Source: Lama glama (lineage: Eukaryota). Taken from it: a DNA stretch of 64,000 nt. The stretch lies in assembly GCA_028534125.1 (NCBI GenBank), contig CM052841.1, positions 6,572,001-6,636,000 on the forward strand, in the 5' to 3' direction. The notes under the pieces are model-generated. The model saw only the letters and a program-made list of their open reading frames with translations. It ran no database searches and had not been told where the DNA came from. A program made the translations under genes and the position numbers. Below, piece by piece: positions 37,005-48,435 of the stretch; position 1 is the stretch's first letter, and every line of letters starts with the position of its first letter.

Positions 37005-37280
37005 CTTTTCTTTTTCTTTTTCAAATCAGAGTATAGTTGCTGTACAATATTATATGAGTTACAGGTGTACAATATTATATGAGTTACAGGTGTACAATTT
37101 AGTGATCCACAATTTTTAAAAAATTATATTCCATTTTTTGTTATTATAAAGTATTGGCTATATTCCCCGTGTTGTACAATATATCCTGGTAGCTTATTTT
37201 ATACCTAATAGTTTGTACCTCTTTCTCCCCTACATTTACGTTGTCCCTCCCCGCTCCCTGTCCCCACTGGTAACCACCAG
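37005..37280 (-). mobile_element. L1 3' end with internal 25-bp tandem duplication
   Basis: Poly-T followed by tatagttg...tacaatattatatgagttacaggtgtaca...tattggctatattccc...cccactggtaaccac; tgtacaatattatatgagttacagg occurs twice at 37041-37090. Confidence 0.8.
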
Positions 37281-37629
37281 CTCGAAGAGCTGTGCTTTTT
37301 AGAGCACAAAGTCACCACGTCTCGATGAACATGGGAGACGGAAGAGTCTTGTGCATCCCCTGCGGACGGGAAGGTGGCAGGGCTGTTTATTGAACTAGTT
37401 AGCACAGGAGGAGGGCAGGCTCTGGGCAAGTTGATAATAACCACGGTTCAGACGTTCAATCACTTGCCTCCAGGTACACAGCACGTTAAGGGACAGCCGA
37501 GCTCAGATGCAGACACGTCAAGTGTCAGGCACGAGTGTGACCTCTCGGTGGAAAGCAGTTACAGGTGCGCTCTGGGGTCAGACACAGCAGGACTCCTGTT
37601 GACCTGGGACAAGGTGATGGATCGATCCA

Positions 37630-37780
37630 AGGCTCAGTTCCCTTAAGTGGACAATGGGAAAACAGCACCCACCTCAAGGGGTCGTTGTAAGGATTTACTG
37701 AGATGATGTATATAAGGAAGTTAGCACAGTGCCTGCCACGCTGTAAACACTCCATAAATCTTACTCTTAATAACAACAGC
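37630..37780 (+). mobile_element. MIR SINE fragment
   Basis: ctcagtt...aatgggaa...cacctcaagggg..gttgtaaggattt...ttagcacagtgcctg. Confidence 0.65.
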
Positions 37781-38949
37781 AGTGGCGGCAGCACATCAGT
37801 CCGGGATTCGGGAGCAAGGTCTGGGTTGGTGTGAAAGTACTGTCGGCATAAAAATGGGCACTGAAGCCACAACACGGAGGAGGAGCTTACTTAAGGAGAG
37901 GAGAGGAGACGAGGCTGGTGGACGGAGCGCAGCTCACCAAGGAAGCTGAGGAGGGGCCAGAGAGGCGCGGCAGCCAGACAGCGGGCTGGAGTTGAGGGCA
38001 AAGCAGCAAACTGGGGTTTTCGTCCAGAGCATCCCTGCTGCTGAGGCATCTTGAGGAGGCCCTTATTGCCTTGAGCCCTGGTTCCTTCACCTGTTTCTTG
38101 GACCTGGTATGCACGTGAGGGAGATCTGTGATGAATGTTCGGCTCTGACAGTGTCTAAGTGCTTAATGAACAAGAGTTGTTGTTTTAGGAGGAAGAATAA
38201 ATGTTCCCAGAGAGAGTGGCTTCATGGAAGACACAGGAAGATAGGGTTTCAAAAGGGAATCAACAGCCTCACTGCTGCCAAGAAGTCAGCAAAGATAAGG
38301 GCAGAAAAGTACTCACTGGATGTGACAAGGAGATGAAAGCGACCTCGGTGAGCCAGCTTCAGGGATGGCGAGAGCAGCCGGTGGGGGCAGCGGCTGGGGA
38401 GGGATGGGAGGTGGGGAAGTGGAGCTGGGAAAGCAGGTGGCTGCTGGGCAGGGATGATGAGGAATGAAGAGGTGGGTAGCAGGCGGCGACAGGCACGGTT
38501 TTGAGATAGGGAACCAGAGCACATGGCAAGTTCGCCTGCCCTAGAGCAGAACTGCTTCATGTCTACCCTGCCCCCACCTGCTGGCTCCAGCCCTGGGACC
38601 CTTTGTTCTCCACACAAGGCCTCTCTGTCTGGGCACAGATCGTGGTACAATCCCAGGACTCTGGGTCACCCAGTGCTGAAGCCAGGCACCTCCTCTCTCT
38701 GTCCTACATTCCAGTGTGGCCTAGGAAAAGTTGAAGTGGTTCCCACCTTCTGCCAGGGTCTTAGCTTTCATCCCTCTCCCTGCCTGCCTGGATCTGCACA
38801 GCCCAGGGGAGATGGACGGTAATAATAAAAATAGCGATCAGTTTTATCCTTTGTCCTGGTTCCTTGTCACGAGTATTGAAACATGCCCATGTAAGAAACA
38901 TGTAAGAAATTTTTAGAAAATTTAAAAAACTTCCTCTAATTCCACATCC

Positions 38950-41900
38950 TTCTGTGTCTAGTCTCCTTCCTCCTAATCTTACAGTCAATCATCTATATTG
39001 CTTCAACTTCTTACTCTGGAAACCACTAAAATCTGGCGTCCACCGCATACCCCATCTTCACTGCCCACTGCGACTACTTCTTGCCAAGATGATCAACAGC
39101 CTCCTTGTTCTTAAGTCCAATGGTCCCTTTCTATAAACTACTGCACCTCTCTTTGATATTTTGGATTGCTGACCTGTCCCTCATTGAACCTCTGTCCTTT
39201 CTTGGCTTCCTTAAAGGTCTGTTCCCTCCTGATTTTCCTTCTACCTCTCTGACAGCTCCTACTTTATTTACTTTGCATATTTATTTTTCCTCTGCATCCA
39301 TAAATGTTAATATGGTAGACTTCATGTTTGGTTTCCCTTCTGGTGAGAGCTGTCTTTTACTCATATGGTTATCATAAGAATCACCATCTTATGCTCCCCC
39401 CTCCACCACCTCCACAGGTGCAGGGAATGGCATCTGACCAGAACCAGGCTGATAAGAGCAAGTCCTTGAGAATTTTGGAGCTGGAACTGAGCTGGAACTG
39501 AAAGAGATGAACGAACATTTTAATGAGGACCTGGATTTCAGTTATAGAGTTGAGAACTGTCAGAAGCTGGGTTTATTATTATTATGTGGACTGGAGGAGC
39601 ACAGGCAGCCTGTCTGGAGAGAAAAGAGGAGAGAGAGAAGGCAGGGTGGGAACAATATGCAGGGCCTGTTCAATTCCTCTGGCTCTTCCAGGGTACCTCC
39701 ATCCTGATTGCTGGGACCTCTCTGTTTTCTAATCAGGCATCAACGTTAGAGACCAGCCAGTCACTCAGCTTCTGCAATTCACAAGGCATATAATAATCTA
39801 GCTCCTAGCAGTCCCAGGTCAAGACTGAAACACTTGCCCTTAACCAACTTAAATAAATTAAAACATACTCTGTTTCTCCCTAACTGCTTGCAGACCACCA
39901 TTTTGGACGTCCCTACGTTGCCAGGCAAGTGTGAAGGTGCCTCCCATTGCAAAGTGAGTTGACTGGAATGCAGGTGAGTCTAGGGCATCATTCAAAAGCA
40001 GGACACACCAGCCCTGTCACTCCAGCCTATGATGTCCCATGAAGCCAGGAGGCATAGACAGAGGGATCGAACAGGCCCCTAGACATGGTGCTAAAAAAGA
40101 AATTGCTCCAAGATCTTGCACAGACCCTGCATCTTCTTGGTAAAACTGAAGATTCAGAGAGCATGGTTCTATAAAACTCTACTATTGGTTATGGTAGCGG
40201 AAGTCTCTTGTGTCATGGGTGTTTTCATCTTTTAAATAGTTTTTCTATTTGGGAAAATTTTCATTTTAAAAATCCAGCCGCCTCAATACAGAAGTCAGAA
40301 TTAAAATTCCCAGCATCCCTTCCAGCTTGTCTATAGGCATGCGGCCTTCCCCGTGTGAGACTTTGATTGGAAGTGAGCAAGATGAGTGAGGGAAATATCA
40401 CTAAAATTCACCAGTATTTCTGGTTCTCCTCTCTTTCTGGGCACCAGGAAGATGGTACTTCCCTTGTTCCTTGATGTTGAGTGTGGCCGTGAGGTTTGTT
40501 TTGATCAATGCAATGTGAGCAGAAGCCAGTATATGTTTTTCCTCACTCCCTTCTGCCACAGCGAACTCTGAAGGTTCACATCAAGAAGGTGGCATCACCA
40601 TAAGGTGACAGAGCCTCCAACAGCTTAGATCCCTGAGTGACCACAGGGATCAAGTCTCCTGCTTCCCTCTTCACCCATGCTGGAACTGCAGCTGAGCAAG
40701 AAATACACGTTCACTGTTTTAAACCAGTCAGATCTGGGAATTGTTACCTAACTAATTCTGACTGATATACAAAAGAAGCAGTTTGGACATAGGACTTCCA
40801 TTTCTGCTGCTGCTGGTAGCCCAAGCGTCCAGCTTTTGAGGGGTGGTAGTGGTCACAAGCAGTGGCTTCCTAGTGGTTGCAATACTGAGTTCTTACCACA
40901 GACATGCCATCGAGCTTGTAAAGTCAGCAGTGAAGTCGAACTCTTCATGCTTAGTACTTGGAGTGGCAATGACTGTGATTTCCTCATCGCATTGCATGGT
41001 ATGGTTTGGGTGCTGTTCCTAGAAACTTAGCCTCAAGTCCATTTCCCCAGCCCTGCTAACAATTCTGAGCTAAATAATATCCTTTAACAAATCCCTTTTA
41101 TAGTTCAACTATCCAGAGGGGATTCTATTATTTGTGATAAAGAACTCTAACTGATAAAATTACTCTATTTAATAAATCTTATGTTCCATCAATTCTAAGA
41201 GGCAAGTTATTTTATGTATTACTAAAAAAAAAATACAGGCTTAAAAACTATTACAGGCCATTAATTGTAAGACATATTCTGATTTCACAGCTGTTTAAAC
41301 TAGAAAAAAATGTGCTTTAGGATCAATGAACTGTGTTAATAGCAAAAGGAATTCTCCCCCCAGATGAAACTGACAGACAGCTGATTATGGTTTTAAGAGA
41401 ATTGTATCATTTGGGAGGAAAAAATAAAATCATAAGCAACTCTCATAAATGCAGAGATCTGTGATTGCCCAATTCCAGGAAAATCCCTAAGACACCACCA
41501 GAAAGTGTAGTGCTAATTAGTACAGTGTCCCACAGAGAAATCCTCCACAGTGGTGTCCTCAGGGCTCTGGATAAGAAATCTCATCTTTGTGGGCAAAACC
41601 TGGGGCAGCCAGATTGGCTGATGGAGGAACTCTGTAGCCAAGATGCTAAGAGATTCCCTAGCCCCATCATTTTCATTGTTATTCATGGCCAAAATTATAT
41701 AGATGATGTTCTGGATTAGTAACCACTGTGCACGGCTTTCTTTTTGCTCCATTTGATTCTCTATTTCTTCCATCTCTAAATGTAAGGGTTTTTTGGGGGG
41801 GGGCGGTTTAAAAGTAGTTCAAAGGCAGTTCAAACAAAGGTAATGGGATTATTAGAAGCCATATTCAGAGAACCTTATGGAGAACTGACTAGAGCATGAA

Positions 41901-43090
41901 GGGACATTACCCAGAGAATCTATATATGAAGAACATTGGTCCTATGATATAACCTTCAGAAGCAATAGCTGGATATGTCATTGAGCTGCCCTCCCTTGAA
42001 GAGGAGCTGCATTTATTGGCATATGTACAGTGGGATGGCTGGATAATATAGGTGAGTGCATTTTTGGAATCATATGCATAGGGAAACAATGTGTGTTGGG
42101 CAAACAAAGGATGGACTATAGTGAACAACTGCCATTCTGCCTTTTCAGGATCTCTCTTCTGCTCCCCCAACCCCAGTATCCATGCAGTTATCTTGTGGGC
42201 CATGTTAGGCAATTTGATCCGCATCCATCCCTTGGCCACAGCTGATTGGTCCAGAGTTAAGTATCTAACTAAGCTGAGCCAATCAGAGTACTTCCTGAGG
42301 AATTCGCAAACCAAAAAAGGAAGCCAGTGTCTTGTTGGATGCCTAAGCATAATGTCAAAAGACGTTAAAGATTTTAGGCTTTGGGATTGTTGGAAGTCAT
42401 GTTTTCACCATGTGGACCAGAAAAGCACTGGAAGCCAGTCTGGGGGTATGGATGATGGCTAGGACAGAGCAGAAGAGGGAAATGAAGGAGACAAGGAGAA
42501 AGCAAGAGAGATGAGAAGTGGAGAGAGAACCTAACGGCTTTTGTGTCTATTAGTTCCAGTTGTTCCTGAGGCATCCATGTCTTTGGGTTTCAGTATCTGA
42601 TTATAAATGTCTCTTTTTGCTTAAACCAGTTCCTATTTTTCCTGGGTGAGCTTCAACATATCCAAAACAGAACTTATCATCCCCCACCAGCCAACCCCCT
42701 GCTGAAACTTATCCCTTCTCAGTCTTAGTAAATGGCATCACAGTATCCCTATCACCAACCTGGGAGTTATCCCAGACTTTTCCCTCCCTCTTACCCTCCA
42801 TATCCTACAGGTCTTGCCAATTGTAATTCTCAAAATCTTCAGTGCTTTACTGGTCTCTCCACTCCTATTCCCCCTACATCATTTCAATCCCTTGTCATTA
42901 CTCCTTGCCTTCACTCTCAAATGCCTTCAATCCCTCCTTCCACCCAGCAGCCCAAATCATCCTTCTAATTTCTGCATATGATCACATTTACTCCTCTGCT
43001 CAAAATTTCTCCAGTGGCTCCCCATTGTCTTCAGGATGAAATCTGAACTCCTGCAGCTGGGTCACAAATTCACTCATATTACGCTCAGAT
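38950..43090. mobile_element. Cluster of old L2 and LTR (MLT1/LTR33-like) fragments
   Basis: L2-like pieces at about 38960-39310 and 42640-43080; MaLR/ERVL-like pieces at about 39310-39730, 40240-41160 and 42100-42640; individual boundaries unresolved. Confidence 0.5.
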
Positions 43091-44259
43091 GTGCAATGAT
43101 ACATCTCCTCTCTTTCCTAGAACTGATTTGATCTTGTTCACAATGCCCCCACCCTGCTGGGTAACAGGGGCAGGGGGAACTAAAATTAATCCACAAACTC
43201 AGTCAGGTTCAAAAATTTATTTTAGGCAGTCTCTAAGTAATTCAGTTGGTTTGGATGACTCAGTCTTTCAGGTTATTTTACCTTTCCCTTTCTCATTTTC
43301 AAGATAGCATTTGGATTTACAGGGATCTCATTGGGGGAAGGGGCCCCTTAGCCATGTGGTCCTTGGGGTTGTGTCTGTTGGCATTTGATGGGATGTGGTC
43401 GGTCTGGTATAAATAGTGAACTACAACCCTGAGCGATAGCTATTACTAAAACCATTTTACAGATGAGGAAGCTGAGGCTAAAAGAGATTAACTTGCTCAA
43501 GGTTAAAGTGGCAGAACCACTCTGATTCTGGTAGGCACTTAGATCTGCACCTAGAATTCTAGGTAAGTTAAGGCTGGATTTTGGAGGATTGAGAGACTTC
43601 ACAGTATAGCTTTAGGGATGTGCTTATCCATGGAGAATATGTCGAGTGGAATGTGAAAATAATCTATTCAGAACACTGAGGAATCACTGGCATATGAAGT
43701 AGGGTAGGAAAGGCTACCTGATGGCTTCTGCCCAAGGTGATCTTGCTCTTAGGAGAGTGTCTAGACGGAGAGAGCCAGGAGCTTCTAGGATGGAGAATCA
43801 TGCCTGGTCCTGTTTCAGCCAGGGCTGAACCATCCTTCAGAATACCCCATTCCTCTCTGTCCTAGACTCCCCCATAGAAGAACAAACTACAAACCTGTGA
43901 CCAACACTGGGTGCGAACCCAATAAACGTGTCCAAACAACTTATGGTGGCAGGGCTGCTCACACCTCCTGGGGCCAAGGCAAGTGGAGCCAACTGCAGAC
44001 CCTCTGAAGTGGGGATGCAGCGTCCACACCCAGGTGGGAGTGGATGTGCAAGAGTACAGAGGACTTCCAAGACCAGGAGGCTCTGTCTCCTCCCAGATGT
44101 GGTGTCCCAGAGTCTTCCTCCAGATGACGGCGACAGAGACCCCTCGCAGATATGGAGGGGCAGTCTACTCAAGTAGACGGGTACAAAGGCTTTGGCTTTT
44201 CTCAGATGTTGGGTGTGCAGATCTTCCGGGTGTGGAAGGTGCAAGAAATCCCCGCAAGT

Positions 44260-44510
44260 AGGTGGATCTCGCCCCCGCCCTCTTCCCCCCGGAGGGATCC
44301 AGTCGGAGTAGCCCCTTTAGCCCTCTTCCCGCCCCCGCCCCACGCCTGCACAAGGGGTGGGCCAGTCTTCACCCCAGCTCACGACCAATGGCAAGGGTGC
44401 CTGGCACGGCCAGCCAATTGAATGGCGGCAGCGGCGAGGGGGATGGCTTCGCCTCCTACAGGCTGCAGGCCGCTGGCCTCCGAGGAGGCGGGGCTCTTCG
44501 CTGTTTTTGC
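44260..44510 (+). promoter_or_regulatory. ENHO: ENHO CpG-island promoter (GC boxes, CCAAT at 44385 and 44414)
   Basis: cccccgccc twice, two CCAAT boxes and gaggcggggc immediately upstream of a CpG-rich exon. Confidence 0.75.
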
Positions 44511-44909
44511 GGCCGGCCGAGCCTGGCCGAGCCCAGCCGAGAGCCCAGTCGAGCCCAGCCGAACGTAGCCGAACACAACCGAGCCCAGCCGAACCCCGCT
44601 CCCGGACTGCCGCCGCCGCCCGAGCGCCGCCGTGCGAGCAAGCGAGCGGCCACGGCCGCGGAGGAGGCGCCGCCCCAGGGGGAGGAGGTGCCCGCTCGCC
44701 GCAGACCGCCCGCGGCAGAGGCCGCCCCGGTCGCGCCGCGGCGGGAGCGGCCGGCGGAGGCTGCGCGGCCGCGGGGGAGGGCCGGGGGAGGGGACGTCAC
44801 CCCTGCCCGCCTCCTGCCGCCCCCCGCCCGCAGGCTCCCGAGCCTCAGTCGGCGCCCAGCATCCCGCTGCCCCGGATCTTCCCGCGGGCGCGCACCGGGC
44901 TCAACTCAG
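44510..44909 (+). other. ENHO: ENHO non-coding exon 1 (start approximate)
   Basis: CpG-rich and ATG-free; ends at a strong donor CAG|GTAAGA; matching acceptor ccccacag| at 45928/45929. Confidence 0.8.
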
Positions 44910-44949
44910 GTAAGAGGGGCCCTCCCACCTAGGGCACGGGGGCTGAGAA

Positions 44950-45430
44950 CCAGAGACGGAAATAAAGAGACATAGACCTACACAGACACTGAGACACAGC
45001 CGGGGAGAAAGAGAGACAGACACAAAGACAGAGACACACACGAGACGCACAGAACTAGAGACAGACCCCACGGAGAGGGGAGAGAGACCGTCCACGGGGA
45101 CAGATGGACACACAGCCAGGAAGAGAGAGAGAGAGAGAGACGCAAGGGACCCATATACACACACAGAGACAGGGAGAAAGAGACAGAGACCGACACAGAG
45201 ATACACAAAGAGATAGACGAGACTGATACAGAGATATACAAAGAGATAGACGGGGAGAGAAATGAGACACACAAAAGAGACACTCAGACTCTAAGAGATG
45301 AAGACACACAGAGAGACAGCTACACATAGAGGTGGGTATACAGAGGCAGAGGCACACATCCAGGCAAGAGAACCAAGGGACAGAATAAGAGCCAGACACA
45401 CAGACACACGCACCTGACCTGGAGACACAG
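44950..45430 (+). repeat. GA/CA-rich low-complexity tract in the ENHO intron
   Basis: (GA)n/(GACA)n/(CA)n mosaic. Confidence 0.85.
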
Positions 45431-46088
45431 TCTCACCGAAAGGCATTCAGCCTTAGATACACAGACCCACACATGCCTGCCAGGCTTCCACAAAGTTCCC
45501 TCTGTGTGAGCTGGCACCTCTGGAGGTCTCCTGGGCTGGTTGGCTGGAGTCCTGAGAAGGGGGAGGCGCCCAGGCCACACCAAAGCTGGCCCCAGTGCCC
45601 ATCCTTCATGGCCTTGGGCTTCCTCAGTCCCACCCACTCACACAGTTCTTTTGATGGCTGGATGCCCAGTGGGCAGGGCCAGGCCATGCCCACTGGTCAA
45701 AAGCAGAATGAGATAGAGGCTGCCTACTCCACCTTCCCCACTGTGGCCACACCCCAATCCAGGTGCCCAGAGTCAGGCCGGAGGATGGGGGTGTTGGCTC
45801 TGTGGGGTATTAGGTCCTGCTGGGAGGCCAGAGATTTGGGAGGGGACTCTCTTCTCTACCCCTCTCCTCCTAGGCCTCACCCTACCCCTTCCTCCTCACC
45901 AGCCTTTCCTTTGCTCTGTACCCCACAGGCTCAGGACTGCAGGTGGACATCTCCACTGCCCGGGAATCATTGAGTGTGTGGACAGGACAGCCTCCTCGGA
46001 AGGCCGGCTACACAGAGTCCTGCCTCGGCATGGGCCTTGACATTGAGGCAGCCCCTCGGTCTGTGCTTGTCTGAGGGTGCTGCCCGTC

Positions 46089-46319
46089 ATGGGGGCAGCC
46101 ATCTCCCAGGGGGCCCTCATCGCCATCATCTGCAACGGCCTCGTAGGCTTCTTGCTGCTGCTGCTCTGGGTCATCCTCTGCTGGGCCTGCCACTCCCGCT
46201 CTGCCAACATNNNNNNNNNNNNNNNNNNNNNNNNNNNNNNNNNNNNNNNNNNNNNNNNNNNNNNNNNNNNNNNNNNNNNNNNNNNNNNNNNNNNNNNNNN
46301 NNNNNNNNNNNNNNNNNNN
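46089..46319 (+). CDS. ENHO: Adropin precursor (energy homeostasis associated); 3' part masked by Ns
   Basis: MGAAISQGALIAIICNGLVGFLLLLLWVILCWACHSRSAN visible at 46089-46210; the end coordinate is inferred from the known 76-aa length and lies inside the N gap. Confidence 0.93.
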
Positions 46320-46713
46320 NNNNNNNNNNNNNNNNNNNNNNNNNNNNNNNTAAGTCCACCCCACCTGGAACCTGGAATCAGGATCCCAGGGGCCAGCCAG
46401 CCTGGGGTCCAGAACTCAGAGTCCAGCCTGTCTGGAGCTGGACCTAGCGGCCCAGAGTCTAGCCGGCCTGGCTCCAAGAGGGGCTCTGCTGGCCCTAGGT
46501 AGACAGGCCCGGGGTGGGGGTTCATGAGTTGGTGCTAGGGCCAGGGCCATCTGGACTCTGCTCCATCCCCAGGGCCAGGGGCTGGGCTCACCATCTCCCT
46601 AGGCCAAGCACCTCTAGGCCCTCGAGGTTGGGGAAGCAAACTGGAATCCATGGCAATAATGGGAGGGTGTCCAGGCTGGGCCCCTCCTCTGGTCCTCCTA
46701 CTGTTTGCTGGGT

Positions 46714-46719
46714 AATAAA
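46714..46719 (+). terminator. ENHO: ENHO polyadenylation signal AATAAA
   Basis: Canonical hexamer followed by a T-rich downstream element at about 46744-46758. Confidence 0.85.
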
Positions 46720-46810
46720 TAGAACTATGGCTCTACCCTGAGATTTTCTCCTCTTCTTGGGGGCCCTGCTATAGCAAAACTAAAGGTGTGGGTAGGCTTC
46801 CAGGCATCAG

Positions 46811-46816
46811 TTTATT
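46811..46816 (-). terminator. DNAI1: DNAI1 polyadenylation signal AATAAA
   Basis: tttatt on the + strand, 200 nt beyond the DNAI1 stop codon. Confidence 0.85.
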
Positions 46817-47015
46817 TGTGCAAAATAGGAGGTAACTGTGGTTGAGGGTCAAGTCCTGGAGGGAGGTGCTGGGACTAGGGCTGGAGCAGGGTGCAGATGC
46901 TGGGACCTGATCAGGGGTGGGGCACATACTGGGTGCTAAGGCTGGGCTGCAGTACCAGGATCAGAGGCTACAAGTACTGGGTTCAAGAAATGGGACAGGC
47001 CCTGAGGCCAGGCCC

Positions 47016-47114
47016 TCACTTCTTGGTTTTCACTTCCCTCACCAGGTTCAGCAGTTTGTCCAATTTTGCGATCTCCACGGCTGGACCCTTCTGCACTTCC
47101 TGCCCCTTCTTTTC
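47016..47114 (-). CDS. DNAI1: DNAI1 last coding exon (EKKGQEVQKGPAVEIAKLDKLLNLVREVKTKK*)
   Basis: ccccag| acceptor; 99 nt to TGA; axonemal dynein intermediate chain 1 C-terminus. Confidence 0.96.
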   Translation of the reverse strand, partial: EKKGQEVQKGPAVEIAKLDKLLNLVREVKTKK

Positions 47115-48309
47115 CTGGGGACAAGAAGGGAAGTACATGTCAGGGAGGAATGTGAGGGATGGGCCCCTCTCTCTGCCTCCCGGCACCACCTCCTGGGCCC
47201 AGTTTACCCCAGCGGTGCCCCGCCCGTCTCCTGCCCAGTTAGATTCTGGATCCCTGCCTGCTCCCACTTCCACAGGATCCTTCCCCAACTCAGGTTAGCA
47301 GAGGCCGGCAAGAAACATCCAGCTCTGTTTCTGAACCTCAGATGGAACCTGATGCTAGGAGGAGTGAGAGGAGGTATCCACCAACAGACCCTCAGAGGAA
47401 CTAGCCTTTCAAGCCAGGGGAAGCTGTAGGCCAGGGCCTCTAACTGTTGGGACCACCCTTCCCATGGGAAGGTATCTGGCTGAGTCCTAACGAGCTAAGA
47501 GGTGTGTGTGTGTGTGTAGGGAGAAGAGTGTGGGCAAAGCCACAGGTGCCCTCACCTCATACTCTTCTAATACTTTGAGGTCAGGCTGGGAGTGGGGCGC
47601 CACCTGGGACCAGGCCTGCTGTGTCAGATGTACCCAGGGGAGGGGAGGGTGTCAGGAGACCAGAGAGGGCAGGTGGGGTATCTGTGTGATTCCAGGTGTC
47701 CTCGGCTGGGACTGTCCTTCAAAGCCCAGATCTTGAATTTATGACCCCTCACCCTTGCCTACAGGGTCCTCTAATCCTTTAGCTGGTAAGCGGGGCCCTG
47801 AGAAGAGAGTTGGGACCCTGGGGTGTGTGTCACTCGCAGGCCTGAGGGCTCCTTGGCAGACCAGCACCAGTGCCATCCTCCCTTCTGTCCAGGTGGTGGG
47901 GTGTGGGCTAGGCTGGGGCAGCTGCCATTTCCTGCCTTCCCTCTGCTGTGCCCAAGCCCCCGCCCTCTCAGCCACCTGTGCCCTCTGCTCACTGGCACCT
48001 GCCCCAGCCTTGCCTGCTGAGGGCCCAGCCTGGGTCTGGCCCGGCTGTGAGGAGGGGGAGAATGCAAGGCCAGCGGGCCCCTTCCCGGCCCCACCCCGGC
48101 TGCTGACACCCTGTGGAGCTCAGGTTTCCTCCTGGTGTGACCCCTGCACCTGTTCCCAAATCTGTCTCCCCCTCCCCTTGTGGCCCAGGGCCTTTGCCAC
48201 TATCCAGCTCACCTCTGCACGCTTGAGGCAGAGAACAAAGATGTCTTTCTCTCTTCTCACTCTCCTTACCCAGTTAAACTCATTTTCTCTTCTTGGCCTC
48301 ACCCCATCC

Positions 48310-48435
48310 CCTGGGAGTCAGGAGGCCTGGCTTTTAGTTCCAGTTTTGTCATTAACTCCCTATATGACTTTGGGCAAGTTCCTTGCCTTTCTGAGCTTCT
48401 GTTTCCATCTATACAGTCATTATGGAAAGTAGTCC
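48310..48435 (+). mobile_element. MIR SINE fragment
   Basis: ggagtcaggaggcctgg...tgactttgggcaagtt...tctgagcttctgtttcc. Confidence 0.7.

Noticed and set aside
44901-45399. Hydrophobic membrane-protein-like ORFs (also at about 1.2-1.5, 7.6, 10 and 31.4 kb)
   Set aside because: Translations of (TC/TG)n low-complexity DNA
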